64,000 nt of DNA, taken from the IMG/VR virus record IMGVR_UViG_2508501054_000004; one strand, 5' to 3'. The notes below the pieces were generated by a model. It saw nothing but the letters and a program-made list of their open reading frames with translations. It made no database searches and was not told the origin of the DNA. Position numbers and translations under genes: made by a program. Shown here piece by piece: positions 36,459 through 45,304 of the stretch. How positions within the stretch are numbered: position 1 is the stretch's first letter; each line of letters begins with the position of its first letter. The stretch is from an uncultured virus (IMG/VR IMGVR_UViG_2508501054_000004) (taxonomy: Duplodnaviria; Heunggongvirae; Uroviricota; Caudoviricetes).

Positions 36459-37622
36459 ATGAGTTTCTTCCACGGCGTGACCATGACGGCCGTCGACACG
36501 GGCGCACGTACCATTTCGTTGCCCACGTCCTCGATCATCGGTCTGGTCGATACGTTTACCGAGGCCCCCGGTTACAGCGCCAAGGCCAATGACCTGGTGC
36601 TGATCACTTCCGAGCGCGAAGCCATTGCAGCGTTTGGTCCTGACTCGGCGATTACTAAAGCCTGTCAGGCGGTCTACGTGCGGGCCAAGGCGGTGATCGT
36701 TGCTTGTGGCGTTGCCAAACTGGACGATGCTGCCCTGCAAACTTCCGCCATCATCGGCGGTGTCAAAGCCGATGGCACACGTACCGGGCTCCAGGCACTG
36801 CTCGATGGCAAGAGCCGCTTCAATGCCCAGCCACGACTGCTGATCGCGCCCAAGCACAGCTCGATTCTGGCGGTCGGCACCGCTATGGCTGCATTGGCAG
36901 ACAAACTGCGGGCGCTGCCGATCTTCGATGGCCCCAACACCACAGACGAAGCGGTCATGGCGTATGCCAAGAACTTCGGCCGCAAGCGCTCTTTCATGGT
37001 CGACCCCGGTGTCCAGTATTGGGATACGACGGCCAGTGAGACGGTCGATGCACCGGGCTCCGCGTGGGTGGCGGGCCTGTTCGCTTGGACCGACGCGGAG
37101 TACGGCTTCTGGGCGTCGCCGTCGAACAAAGAGTTTGCAGGCATCACGGGCACCAAGCGGCCCATCGAGTTTCTGGACGGTGACGAAACCTGCCGGGCCA
37201 ATCTGCTCAACAACGCCAATATCGCCACCATCATCCGTGATGACGGCTATCGGTTGTGGGGCAACCGCACGCTCAGTAGCGATCCCAAATGGGCGTTCGT
37301 CACCCGCGTGCGCACCATGGACATCGTCATGGACGCGATCCTCTACGGGCACAAGTGGGCGGTCGACCGCTCGATCACTGCCACCTACGTCAAGGATGTG
37401 ACCGAGGGCCTGCAGGCGTTCATGCGTGATCTGAAGAATCAGGGTGCGATCATCAACTTTGAGGTATTCGCGGATACCGAGTTGAACACGGCCAGCCAGC
37501 TGGAGCAGGGCAAGGTGTACTGGAACATCCGTTTCACCGACGTGCCGCCTGCCGAAAACCCCAACTTCCGCGTTGAAGTCACCAATCAATGGCTGACCGA
37601 AGTGCTCGACTCTGCCGCTTAA
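36459..37622 (+). CDS. contractile tail sheath protein (FI)
   Basis: FFHGVT, GFWASPSNK, RLWGNRT. Confidence 0.95.
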   Translation: MSFFHGVTMTAVDTGARTISLPTSSIIGLVDTFTEAPGYSAKANDLVLITSEREAIAAFGPDSAITKACQAVYVRAKAVIVACGVAKLDDAALQTSAIIGGVKADGTRTGLQALLDGKSRFNAQPRLLIAPKHSSILAVGTAMAALADKLRALPIFDGPNTTDEAVMAYAKNFGRKRSFMVDPGVQYWDTTASETVDAPGSAWVAGLFAWTDAEYGFWASPSNKEFAGITGTKRPIEFLDGDETCRANLLNNANIATIIRDDGYRLWGNRTLSSDPKWAFVTRVRTMDIVMDAILYGHKWAVDRSITATYVKDVTEGLQAFMRDLKNQGAIINFEVFADTELNTASQLEQGKVYWNIRFTDVPPAENPNFRVEVTNQWLTEVLDSAA

Positions 37623-37634
37623 GGAGCTGCAACG

Positions 37635-38144
37635 ATGGCAATGATTCCCGAAACACTGAGCAATCTGAACCTGTTTGTGGACGGTGTCAGTTTTCAGGGC
37701 GACGTGCCCAGCCTGACCCTGCCCAAGATGACGCTCAAGACTGAAGAGCATCGTGGCGGTGGCATGGACTTGCCGGTTGAGCTGGACATGGGCATGGAAA
37801 AGCAGGAGTCCAACTTCACCACCACGGGCGTGCGTCGCGAGTCCCTGAAGTTCTTCGGTCTGGCGGATGGCACGGCCTTCAACGGCGTGTTCCGTGGTGC
37901 CTTTAAAGGGCTCAAGGGCAAGATCACCCCGGTCGTGGTGACCCAGCGGGGCCGACTCAAAGAGGTCGACATGGGGGACTGGAAAGCGGGTGACAAGGCC
38001 GAGATCAAACACGCGGTCGCGCTCACGTACTACAAGCTGGAAGTAGATGGCCGTGTGGTCTACGAGATCGATGCGCTGGGCATGAAGCGCGTGATCAATG
38101 GTGTCGATCAACTCGCGGCAGAACGTTCCGCCCTTGGCCTCTGA
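37635..38144 (+). CDS. tail tube protein (FII)
   Basis: NLFVDG, RGGGMD, DMGDWKAG, INGVDQL. Confidence 0.95.
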   Translation: MAMIPETLSNLNLFVDGVSFQGDVPSLTLPKMTLKTEEHRGGGMDLPVELDMGMEKQESNFTTTGVRRESLKFFGLADGTAFNGVFRGAFKGLKGKITPVVVTQRGRLKEVDMGDWKAGDKAEIKHAVALTYYKLEVDGRVVYEIDALGMKRVINGVDQLAAERSALGL

Positions 38145-38160
38145 TAGAAGGAAACATCCT

Positions 38161-38463
38161 GTGTCTCAAGTAAATACCAATCCGAAGTGGATGACCCTGA
38201 CGGCCGAGAGTGTGTCGGTGAAGCTGACCAAGCCTGCAGAGGTCAACAGCGTTCAGGTCGACACCATCACCATGCGTGCCCCTACCGTGCGCGATGTGCG
38301 CACCGCCCAGGCAGCTGCCAACGGCGACGACGAACAACGCGAGCTGAACCTGTTTGCATCCCTGGCCGAGATGGGCGTCCGCGATCTTGAAGGGCTGTCC
38401 CTCAAGGACTACAGCCGCCTGCAGGCCGGTTATTTTCGCCTGGTGCGCGACGACGAGCTTTGA
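38161..38463 (+). CDS. tail assembly chaperone E
   Basis: ITMRAPTVRD, DLEGLSLKDY; GTG start with AAGGA RBS. Confidence 0.85.
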   Translation: MSQVNTNPKWMTLTAESVSVKLTKPAEVNSVQVDTITMRAPTVRDVRTAQAAANGDDEQRELNLFASLAEMGVRDLEGLSLKDYSRLQAGYFRLVRDDEL

Positions 38464-38575
38464 CCCCGCATTGCAGAGGCTCGCGGCGAAGCGGCTCGCA
38501 AAAGAGCTGGGTTTTTCGTCGGCGGAAATCATGTCCATGTCTTTCTCGGACATGATCTGGTGGCTCACGGACTGA
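38459..38575 (+). CDS. E' extension of tail chaperone (+1 frame)
   Basis: LGFSSAEIMSMSFSDMIWW resembles P2 E'; no own RBS; begins at CTTTGAC. Confidence 0.65.
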   Translation, partial: FDPALQRLAAKRLAKELGFSSAEIMSMSFSDMIWWLTD

Positions 38576-38601
38576 GCCCATCCCAACATCAGAGGTGAGT
38601 G

Positions 38602-41343
38602 ATGGCGAACAATCTGGCATTGGGCCTGGTGATTGGCGGCGCTGTCAGCCCGACTGTGGGTGCGGCGTTCAATACCGTTGAAAGCCGCATCAAGAAGCTG
38701 GAGCAGCGCGGTAATCAGGCCAAGGTGCTGAGAAACACGATTGGCGAAACCATGCGCCTGCGTGATGAGTGGAAGAAAGCGCACGACAGTGGTGCTGCAT
38801 CGGCCTCTGGTCTGCTGCGCAAGCTTGAGACCAACCTCGACACGCTGCGTAAACAGGGTGTTCAGGTCGGTAAGCTCAGGCAGGAATATCAGTCCCTTGA
38901 CCGTGTGGCCAGAAGCATGGACCTCAAGGTCATGGGGCATCAACAGATCGAGCAGGGCAAGGCCGGGCTCAAGTCGGGGATCGGCACCGCCGTCGCCGGT
39001 GTGGGCGCAATGGCTGTGCCGACCAAGATCAGTGCCGACTATCAGGCAATCATCCGGGACATCGCCATCAAGGCCGGTGTAGCCAATCAGCCGCAGGAAG
39101 CGGAACTGACGAACTCGGTCATCAAGACCTCGCAAGACACCGGCATGGCACGCAATGATGTGGCCGACCTGGTCAATAAGCTGGTTGGCGCAGGCATGAG
39201 CCTGGACAAGGCACTGTCCTACGCGCCGGTTGCAGCGAAGTTTGCGGTCGGGCAGGGGGCCAGCGGCAACGACACGGCCAACATGATTCAGGCGCTGCAG
39301 CAGAATGCCAAGATCACCGACCCCAAGGTCATGGAAAAAGCCCCCGAGGCAATTGCCATGCAGGGCCAGGCGGGCAGCTTTGAAGCCAGCGACATGGCTC
39401 GCTGGTTTCCGCAGTTGCTGGCGGGCATGGGCAAGTTGGGTGTCACCGGCATGGATTCGGTGAGCCAGCTCGGCGCAATGCTGCAGGTCCAGATGAAAAC
39501 GGCCGGTGGTTCGGATGAGGCCGCCAACAACCTGAAGAACTGGATGGAGAAGATTGGCTCCACCGACGTGGTGAAGTCGTACAAGGACGTCGGTATCGAT
39601 TATCAGGGCTCGCTGAACACCGGTATCCAAAAGGGCATGTCGACCCTTGAGTCCAGCTTCGCGCTGGCCCAGCGATACATCGAAAAGACAGACCCTGAAA
39701 AAGCCAAAAAAATGAAGGAGGCAACTGCCAAGATCAGCAAGGAGGCGGATCCGGCGAAAGCCAAAGAGATGCTGGACTCGCTGGAGCAGGCGCTGCGCAC
39801 TGGCGATCTGTTTGCCGATATGCAGGTCAAGGCTGCACTGACCGCTTACACGCAGAACCGCGCGCTGTATGAGCAGCTGAAAAAAGACTCACAGAATGCT
39901 TCGGGGATCCTCGACAAGAACCTGGCGGAGCGCCGCGGTGCGTCGTCGCAGATCTGGGCCGAGACGTTCCAGGCCGTCAACGATTCCATGCGCAGCATTG
40001 GTGACGCGATACGCCCGGTCACTGATGCGGTTGCGAAGGGCATCACCGCAACGGCAAAAGAGTTCACGGCCCTGTCTGATACTTCCAAGCCGGTGGTGCT
40101 GGCCATCGCATCAATAGGCACTGGGCTTCTGGCACTGAAGTCCGCAGCCGGTGTGTTCAAAATCGGCAAGGGCCTGCTCAACATTGGGCGTGGATCACTG
40201 GGCGGCAATCCGAACAAGGTACAGAAAGTCTACGTCCCAAACTCTGGCGACAAAGACGATAAGTCCGATGGGAAGCTCGGCGCAGTCAAAGGCTTGCTGG
40301 AAACCGGTCTCAAAGCTTTTAAAGGCAAGGACAAAGCAAAAGTTAAGGGTAAGGACACAGCTGATGCTGACGGCAAGGGTGGCGATGACGATGCTGATGA
40401 CGACGCAGAGGAAAGCGGCAAGACCGGCTTTGATCCGGTCGATACCGGCCTGAAGATCCTCGATCTGTTTGGTGAGGGTGGCAACGACTCTGATGGTGCC
40501 AAGGGCGGCAGCAGCTCTGAGCCGCAGAAGGTCTTTGTGGTCAACGCCAGTGCGTTCGGTGGTGGTTCGGATGCACCGGGGGATCAACGCCGGTCACGGC
40601 GCAGCCGTCGGCGTGGTGCTGCAGGTGGTGCTGGTGGTCGACGCGCAGGACCTCCGCGCCCTCCGATGCCGCCAGCTCCTCCTGTACCCGCAGGCCGACT
40701 GGCGCGGTTGGCCGGTGCCGCAGGCAAGCTCGGCAGCGTTGCCAAGATGGTCCCTGGCGCGAAGTTTCTGGATGCGGGCATGCTCGCTCTGGACACGTAC
40801 CAAAACGCCGAGACCCAAGACGAGAAAGCAGAAGGCTACGGCGGCGCTGCGGGTGGGCTGGCCGGCGCATTGGCAGGCGGAGCGGCGGGTGCCGCGATTG
40901 GCTCTATCGTGCCGGTGATCGGTACGGCCATCGGCGGCGCGGTCGGTGCCTTTCTTGGCGGCATGGGCGGGCAGGATATCGGTGGCTTTCTGGGCAAAGC
41001 GCTGTTTGGCTCAGATGAAAAAACCGAGGACGTCGCTGACAAGGGCGGTGATGCCAAACCTTCTGCCGCACCTGGCGATGTGGTCAAAGCGATGGCGGCA
41101 GTCGCACCCGCCCCTCTGGCATTGCCCGCAGTCGTCAAGGCTGCCGAGCAGAGCAAGCCTGAACCCACCAAGGTCGACCAGCAATTCACCTTCTCGCCGA
41201 ATATGCCCGTCAACGTACAAGGCGATGTAAAGGACCCGGCACAGCTGGCAAGGGACATCGCACCGTTTCTGCAGCGCCAATTTGAAGAGTTCAGTCGGCA
41301 GGCGGCTGCCCGCCAATTGTTTGATGCCCCGCACGTGGGTTGA
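38602..41343 (+). CDS. tail tape measure protein
   Basis: about 913 aa, Ala/Gly rich, GSFEASDMARWFP, EAANNLKN. Confidence 0.92.
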   Translation: MANNLALGLVIGGAVSPTVGAAFNTVESRIKKLEQRGNQAKVLRNTIGETMRLRDEWKKAHDSGAASASGLLRKLETNLDTLRKQGVQVGKLRQEYQSLDRVARSMDLKVMGHQQIEQGKAGLKSGIGTAVAGVGAMAVPTKISADYQAIIRDIAIKAGVANQPQEAELTNSVIKTSQDTGMARNDVADLVNKLVGAGMSLDKALSYAPVAAKFAVGQGASGNDTANMIQALQQNAKITDPKVMEKAPEAIAMQGQAGSFEASDMARWFPQLLAGMGKLGVTGMDSVSQLGAMLQVQMKTAGGSDEAANNLKNWMEKIGSTDVVKSYKDVGIDYQGSLNTGIQKGMSTLESSFALAQRYIEKTDPEKAKKMKEATAKISKEADPAKAKEMLDSLEQALRTGDLFADMQVKAALTAYTQNRALYEQLKKDSQNASGILDKNLAERRGASSQIWAETFQAVNDSMRSIGDAIRPVTDAVAKGITATAKEFTALSDTSKPVVLAIASIGTGLLALKSAAGVFKIGKGLLNIGRGSLGGNPNKVQKVYVPNSGDKDDKSDGKLGAVKGLLETGLKAFKGKDKAKVKGKDTADADGKGGDDDADDDAEESGKTGFDPVDTGLKILDLFGEGGNDSDGAKGGSSSEPQKVFVVNASAFGGGSDAPGDQRRSRRSRRRGAAGGAGGRRAGPPRPPMPPAPPVPAGRLARLAGAAGKLGSVAKMVPGAKFLDAGMLALDTYQNAETQDEKAEGYGGAAGGLAGALAGGAAGAAIGSIVPVIGTAIGGAVGAFLGGMGGQDIGGFLGKALFGSDEKTEDVADKGGDAKPSAAPGDVVKAMAAVAPAPLALPAVVKAAEQSKPEPTKVDQQFTFSPNMPVNVQGDVKDPAQLARDIAPFLQRQFEEFSRQAAARQLFDAPHVG

Positions 41344-41352
41344 GGAAAGTTT

Positions 41353-42198
41353 ATGGCTTATGCAGAGCAGCTGCAGTCATCGTTGAAATACCTGATTGCA
41401 GCGGGAGAGGTGGGACGCCGTAGTCTGGATGACATGCTCGGTCCCTTGAACGGGGCCGTAGGCGATATGACAGGGGCTGCTTCGGAACTGGAGAACATCC
41501 CGTTCATTGGCCCGGCCATTGGTGAAAAACTGCAACGCACCATGCGGGGCATCAGTGTCGCGCAGACAAAGGTGGGGCAGGTGGCGGCGATGTACGGGCA
41601 GGCAACCAGTGCAGCATCGCAAGTGCAGGAGCGTATGGGGGCGCTGCAAGAGCAGGCGTCCAAGGCCGGAGCCGCGATCAATCGGGTGGCGGGAAGCGTC
41701 AGTCCGGCGCTGGGCAACATTGTGCCGACTGGCAGCTTTGCAAACCAGATGACACCGGCTCCCGAGGCGGTGAAACCGTTTCCGCATCTGCTGATTATTC
41801 AGCCGCTCAAGCCTGAAGCGCAGCCGTACTACTTCAACCTGGACACGGCTGCTTTCGATGAGCTTCGCAGACAGACCGCGTTCCGCTGGGCCGGGCAAGA
41901 GCGCTTGACGCGCAGCATTGCGCAACAGGCGGTTGGCCTCGGTGACGATAAGCTGAGTTTGAAGGGCGCCATTTTTCCCGGCTTCAAGGGCGGCCTCAAG
42001 CAACTGGATACCTTGCGCAGCATGGGGCGCAACTTACAGCCTCTGAGCCTGACTACAGGCTACGGCGAAGTGCTGGGCAACTGGTGCCTGCTCAGTGTAG
42101 ATGAAGAACAGAGCAACCTGCTGGCCGGGGGGATTCCCCGCAAACAGGGCTTTTCACTGGAGTTTGTGAGCTATGGCAACGATCTGCAGAACGTCTGA
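41353..42198 (+). CDS. tail protein U family
   Basis: FRWAGQERL, LTTGYGEVLGNW, PRKQGFSLEF. Confidence 0.85.
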   Translation: MAYAEQLQSSLKYLIAAGEVGRRSLDDMLGPLNGAVGDMTGAASELENIPFIGPAIGEKLQRTMRGISVAQTKVGQVAAMYGQATSAASQVQERMGALQEQASKAGAAINRVAGSVSPALGNIVPTGSFANQMTPAPEAVKPFPHLLIIQPLKPEAQPYYFNLDTAAFDELRRQTAFRWAGQERLTRSIAQQAVGLGDDKLSLKGAIFPGFKGGLKQLDTLRSMGRNLQPLSLTTGYGEVLGNWCLLSVDEEQSNLLAGGIPRKQGFSLEFVSYGNDLQNV

Positions 42199-42379
42199 CG
42201 GAGATCTGCTGGACACCATCTGCCAGCAGTATTACGGGCACCTGAACGGTAGCGTTGAGGCGGTACTGGATGCAAATCAGGGCTTGGCCGATGAGCCTCA
42301 GCCCTATCGGGCGGGCGTGCAGATCCTGTTGCCGGATCTGCTCACCCAGACCGAGGAAGTGATTCAGCTCTGGGGCTAG
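42173..42379 (+). CDS. tail protein X
   Basis: GDLLDTIC..YYG...VLDANQGL...LWG. Confidence 0.9.
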   Translation: MATICRTSDGDLLDTICQQYYGHLNGSVEAVLDANQGLADEPQPYRAGVQILLPDLLTQTEEVIQLWG

Positions 42380-42471
42380 CTGCCAGCCGGTTCACATCCA
42401 ACTTTTATCAACACTCGGCGGCGGATTCTGGTGAGTCCGTCATGCCTTGCCATGGCTATTAAGAAGGTCTC

Positions 42472-43515
42472 ATGAAGCCTGCATTCCGAATTGTTGCGGA
42501 CAGCAACGACATTACGGCGTTGATCAACGACCGTTTGTTGCTTCTGCGCACAAGCGACAAGCCTGGCATGGAGTCAGATGAGTTTGAGCTGCGCATCGAC
42601 GACAGGGATCGGGCCGTTTCACTTCCTGCGCGTGGTGCGGACATCGAGATATACCTCGGTTACGAAGGGCATAGTCTGACCCGACTGGGTCTTTACACCG
42701 TTGATGACATCGAAGCATCCGGTCCCCCTGATACCTTGGTCATTCGCGGGAAGGCCAGCGATATGCGCGGCAGCGGTCGGACCACCCGCTCCGGCAGTTG
42801 GGAGAATGTCCCCCTGCAGCAGATCGTTAGCGATGTTGCTGCACGTAATGGCTGGAAGCCGGTGTGTACCGTCACGACAAAGGTGCCTCGCGTCGATCAA
42901 CTCGATGAGTCGGATTACAACTTCATCACCCGGGTGGCCAAGAAGTATGACTGCACTGCGAAAGTTGCAGATGGCAAGTTGTTGGTGCTGCCTCGGCAAG
43001 ACGGGTTGAGCGCGAGCGGTAAGGCCCTGGGGGTCATAACGATTCGTCGTCACGACGTGGCACGCTGGCAGTTTCGACTCAGCGACAAGACGACACAGAA
43101 AGCTGTCCAGGCCAAGCATCTGGATAAGAAGACTGGAAAGCTGCAGGTAGTTGAGCTGAGCAACGATCAATCCCCTAACGGCCTCCCACCCGTTCATACC
43201 GACCGCCACATCCATCCCAATAAGTCCGCTGCTGAGCAGGCAGCCAAGGCGCGCCTCGCGGCATTCAATCGCAGTACCGCAGGTGTTCGGCTGGAAATGG
43301 CTGGGCGCACCGATCTGTTCTCAGAGCGAATGATCAATGCCTTGGACTTCAAGGTCGGCCTTGATGGCGAGTACTTGGTTGATTCGGTGGAGCAGGTATT
43401 CACCCAGTCTGGCTGGACTACGGCAGTGGAGTGCAACGGCGGGAAATCCGGCAAGGCCAAGGCGAAAGGCAAGAAAAAGAAAGAGAAAAAGCCGGTCAAG
43501 GTCGTACAGCTTTAA
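42472..43515 (+). CDS. late control / baseplate hub protein D
   Basis: GMESDEFELRIDD, LGYEG, DQLDESD. Confidence 0.9.
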   Translation: MKPAFRIVADSNDITALINDRLLLLRTSDKPGMESDEFELRIDDRDRAVSLPARGADIEIYLGYEGHSLTRLGLYTVDDIEASGPPDTLVIRGKASDMRGSGRTTRSGSWENVPLQQIVSDVAARNGWKPVCTVTTKVPRVDQLDESDYNFITRVAKKYDCTAKVADGKLLVLPRQDGLSASGKALGVITIRRHDVARWQFRLSDKTTQKAVQAKHLDKKTGKLQVVELSNDQSPNGLPPVHTDRHIHPNKSAAEQAAKARLAAFNRSTAGVRLEMAGRTDLFSERMINALDFKVGLDGEYLVDSVEQVFTQSGWTTAVECNGGKSGKAKAKGKKKKEKKPVKVVQL

Positions 43516-43553
43516 CCGACCAGCTCAACACCTACTCATCAGGAGAACCATGC

Positions 43554-44099
43554 ATGTCGATTACCACGCAGCAGTTGCTGCAGATCCTCCCCAACGCCAG
43601 CTCCCGAGCTGGCGTTTTTGTTCCTGTCCTAAACGTTGCGATGAGCAAATACGCCATCGTCACCAGATTGCGCATGGCTGCATTTCTGGCGCAGGTTGGG
43701 CACGAGTCCGGCCAGCTCCGCTACGTGCGCGAGCTGGGCAGCGATCAATATCTCGACAAGTACGATACCGGGCGGCTGGCTGAACGCCTTGGTAACACTC
43801 CAGAGGACGATGACGATGGTCAGTTGTATCGGGGTAGGGGGCTCATTCAGATCACCGGGCGAGACAACTACGCCGCGTGCGCAGAGGCATTAGGGCTGGA
43901 TCTTCTTAAACATCCCGAACTCCTGGAGCGTCCAGAGCATGCAGCCATGTCGGCAGGCTGGTTCTGGCATCGAGCTGGACTCAATACCTTGGCGGATAAA
44001 GGGGATTTCCTGACGATCACCAAACGCGTCAATGGCGGCACCAATGGCTTGGCAGATCGGCAAATGCTCTACGAGCGTGCCTTGAAGGTTTTGGCCTGA
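43554..44099 (+). CDS. glycoside hydrolase family 19 endolysin
   Basis: FLAQVGHESG, YRGRGLIQITGRDNY, TKRVNGGTNGL. Confidence 0.93.
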   Translation: MSITTQQLLQILPNASSRAGVFVPVLNVAMSKYAIVTRLRMAAFLAQVGHESGQLRYVRELGSDQYLDKYDTGRLAERLGNTPEDDDDGQLYRGRGLIQITGRDNYAACAEALGLDLLKHPELLERPEHAAMSAGWFWHRAGLNTLADKGDFLTITKRVNGGTNGLADRQMLYERALKVLA

Positions 44100-44267
44100 T
44101 CGAGCTATGGGCAGTTCAGCCCTGAGCGGAAAGAGTCACTGCAGCAAATTGAAAAAGAGCGACCAGTCGAGATGCGTCAACATCGCGGCTGGTCACTGTT
44201 CCCGCAGATTACCCCTGCAAGTCCAGCCAAGGCTCTCGCTTCGTGCACAAAGCAGAGCGAGCCTAGC

Positions 44268-44287
44268 ACCTGTCTATATATACAGTA
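44268..44287. promoter_or_regulatory. LexA (SOS) box upstream of methylase
   Basis: CTG-TCTATATATA-CAG at 44270-44285. Confidence 0.8.
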
Positions 44288-44302
44288 AAGGTCTTGCTTT
44301 TT

Positions 44303-45097
44303 ATGTCCACACCTATCATCCCTTGGATGGGCGGCAAACGCCGCCTTGCCGACCGTCTCATCCCGCTGTTCCCACCCCACGAATGCTATGTTGAAGTGTT
44401 CGCTGGCGGTGCGGCCCTCTACTTCATGCGTCCCCAGGCAGCCCCGGTTGAGGTCTTGAACGACATCAACGGAGATCTGGTCACGCTGTATCGCGTCGTC
44501 CAAAACCACCTTGAAGAATTCGTCCGCCAGTTCAAATGGGCGCTCAGCTCGCGCCAGGTATTTGAGTGGCAGAAGATGACCCGCCCCGAAACCCTCACTG
44601 ACATCCAGCGCGCAGCCCGGTTCTTCTACCTGCAGCACCACGCCTTCGCAGGCAAGGTGAGTGGCCAGACGTTCGGGACCGCCACGACGGGACCTGCCAT
44701 CAATCTGCTGCGGATCGAGGAAAATCTGTCTGCGGCCTGGCAGCGGTTGTCAGGTACGTACGTGGAGAATCTGCCGTGGCTCGAATGTGCCGAGCGCTAC
44801 GACCGGCCTCACACGTTCCACTACATGGACCCGCCTTACTGGCAGACGGCCGGGTATGGTGTGGATTTTCCGTTTGAAAACTATGAGCGAATGGCCGACT
44901 TCATGCGACGCTGCAAGGGAAAGGTTATGGTCAGCATCAACGACCACCCTGACATACGGCGGGTGTTTGAAGGCTTCCATTTTGAAACGGTGGACATTCG
45001 CTACAGCACAGCGAACCAACGAAAGGGAGGGGCTGATGTCAGCGGTGAGTTGGTAATCATGAGTTGGGAGCCTAATGCGCTTGGGGGACTGTTTTGA
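44303..45097 (+). CDS. DNA adenine methyltransferase (Dam/D12 class)
   Basis: WMGGK, YVEVFAGGAA, ND, DPPY. Confidence 0.93.
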   Translation: MSTPIIPWMGGKRRLADRLIPLFPPHECYVEVFAGGAALYFMRPQAAPVEVLNDINGDLVTLYRVVQNHLEEFVRQFKWALSSRQVFEWQKMTRPETLTDIQRAARFFYLQHHAFAGKVSGQTFGTATTGPAINLLRIEENLSAAWQRLSGTYVENLPWLECAERYDRPHTFHYMDPPYWQTAGYGVDFPFENYERMADFMRRCKGKVMVSINDHPDIRRVFEGFHFETVDIRYSTANQRKGGADVSGELVIMSWEPNALGGLF

Positions 45098-45304
45098 TGT
45101 TCGCTTCTGCTCCCTTCCCAAACCGCCGGATCCAATAATTTAACTTCTAAACCGAAGCTGACGTTCTCGCGCAACGGAAAGAAAGGCCGCTTTGTGACTG
45201 TCCTTTGTCACAAAATGCACTTGCAGTATGAAAGGTAGCATTCACGACCGTCAGCCGTGGTACACCTCGTATAGCAAACATATCAGAGGTCCGCTGAGCC
45301 ACCA

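Noticed and set aside
36138..39630. long antisense ORFs (657 aa, 511 aa and similar ones opposite capsid, portal and terminase genes)
   Set aside because: Shadow ORFs expected from GC-rich codon bias opposite well-supported genes; no motifs
40240..40700. acidic and Gly/Arg/Pro-rich low-complexity stretch in the tape measure protein
   Set aside because: The frame is intact and such linkers are common in this tape-measure type; no independent signal
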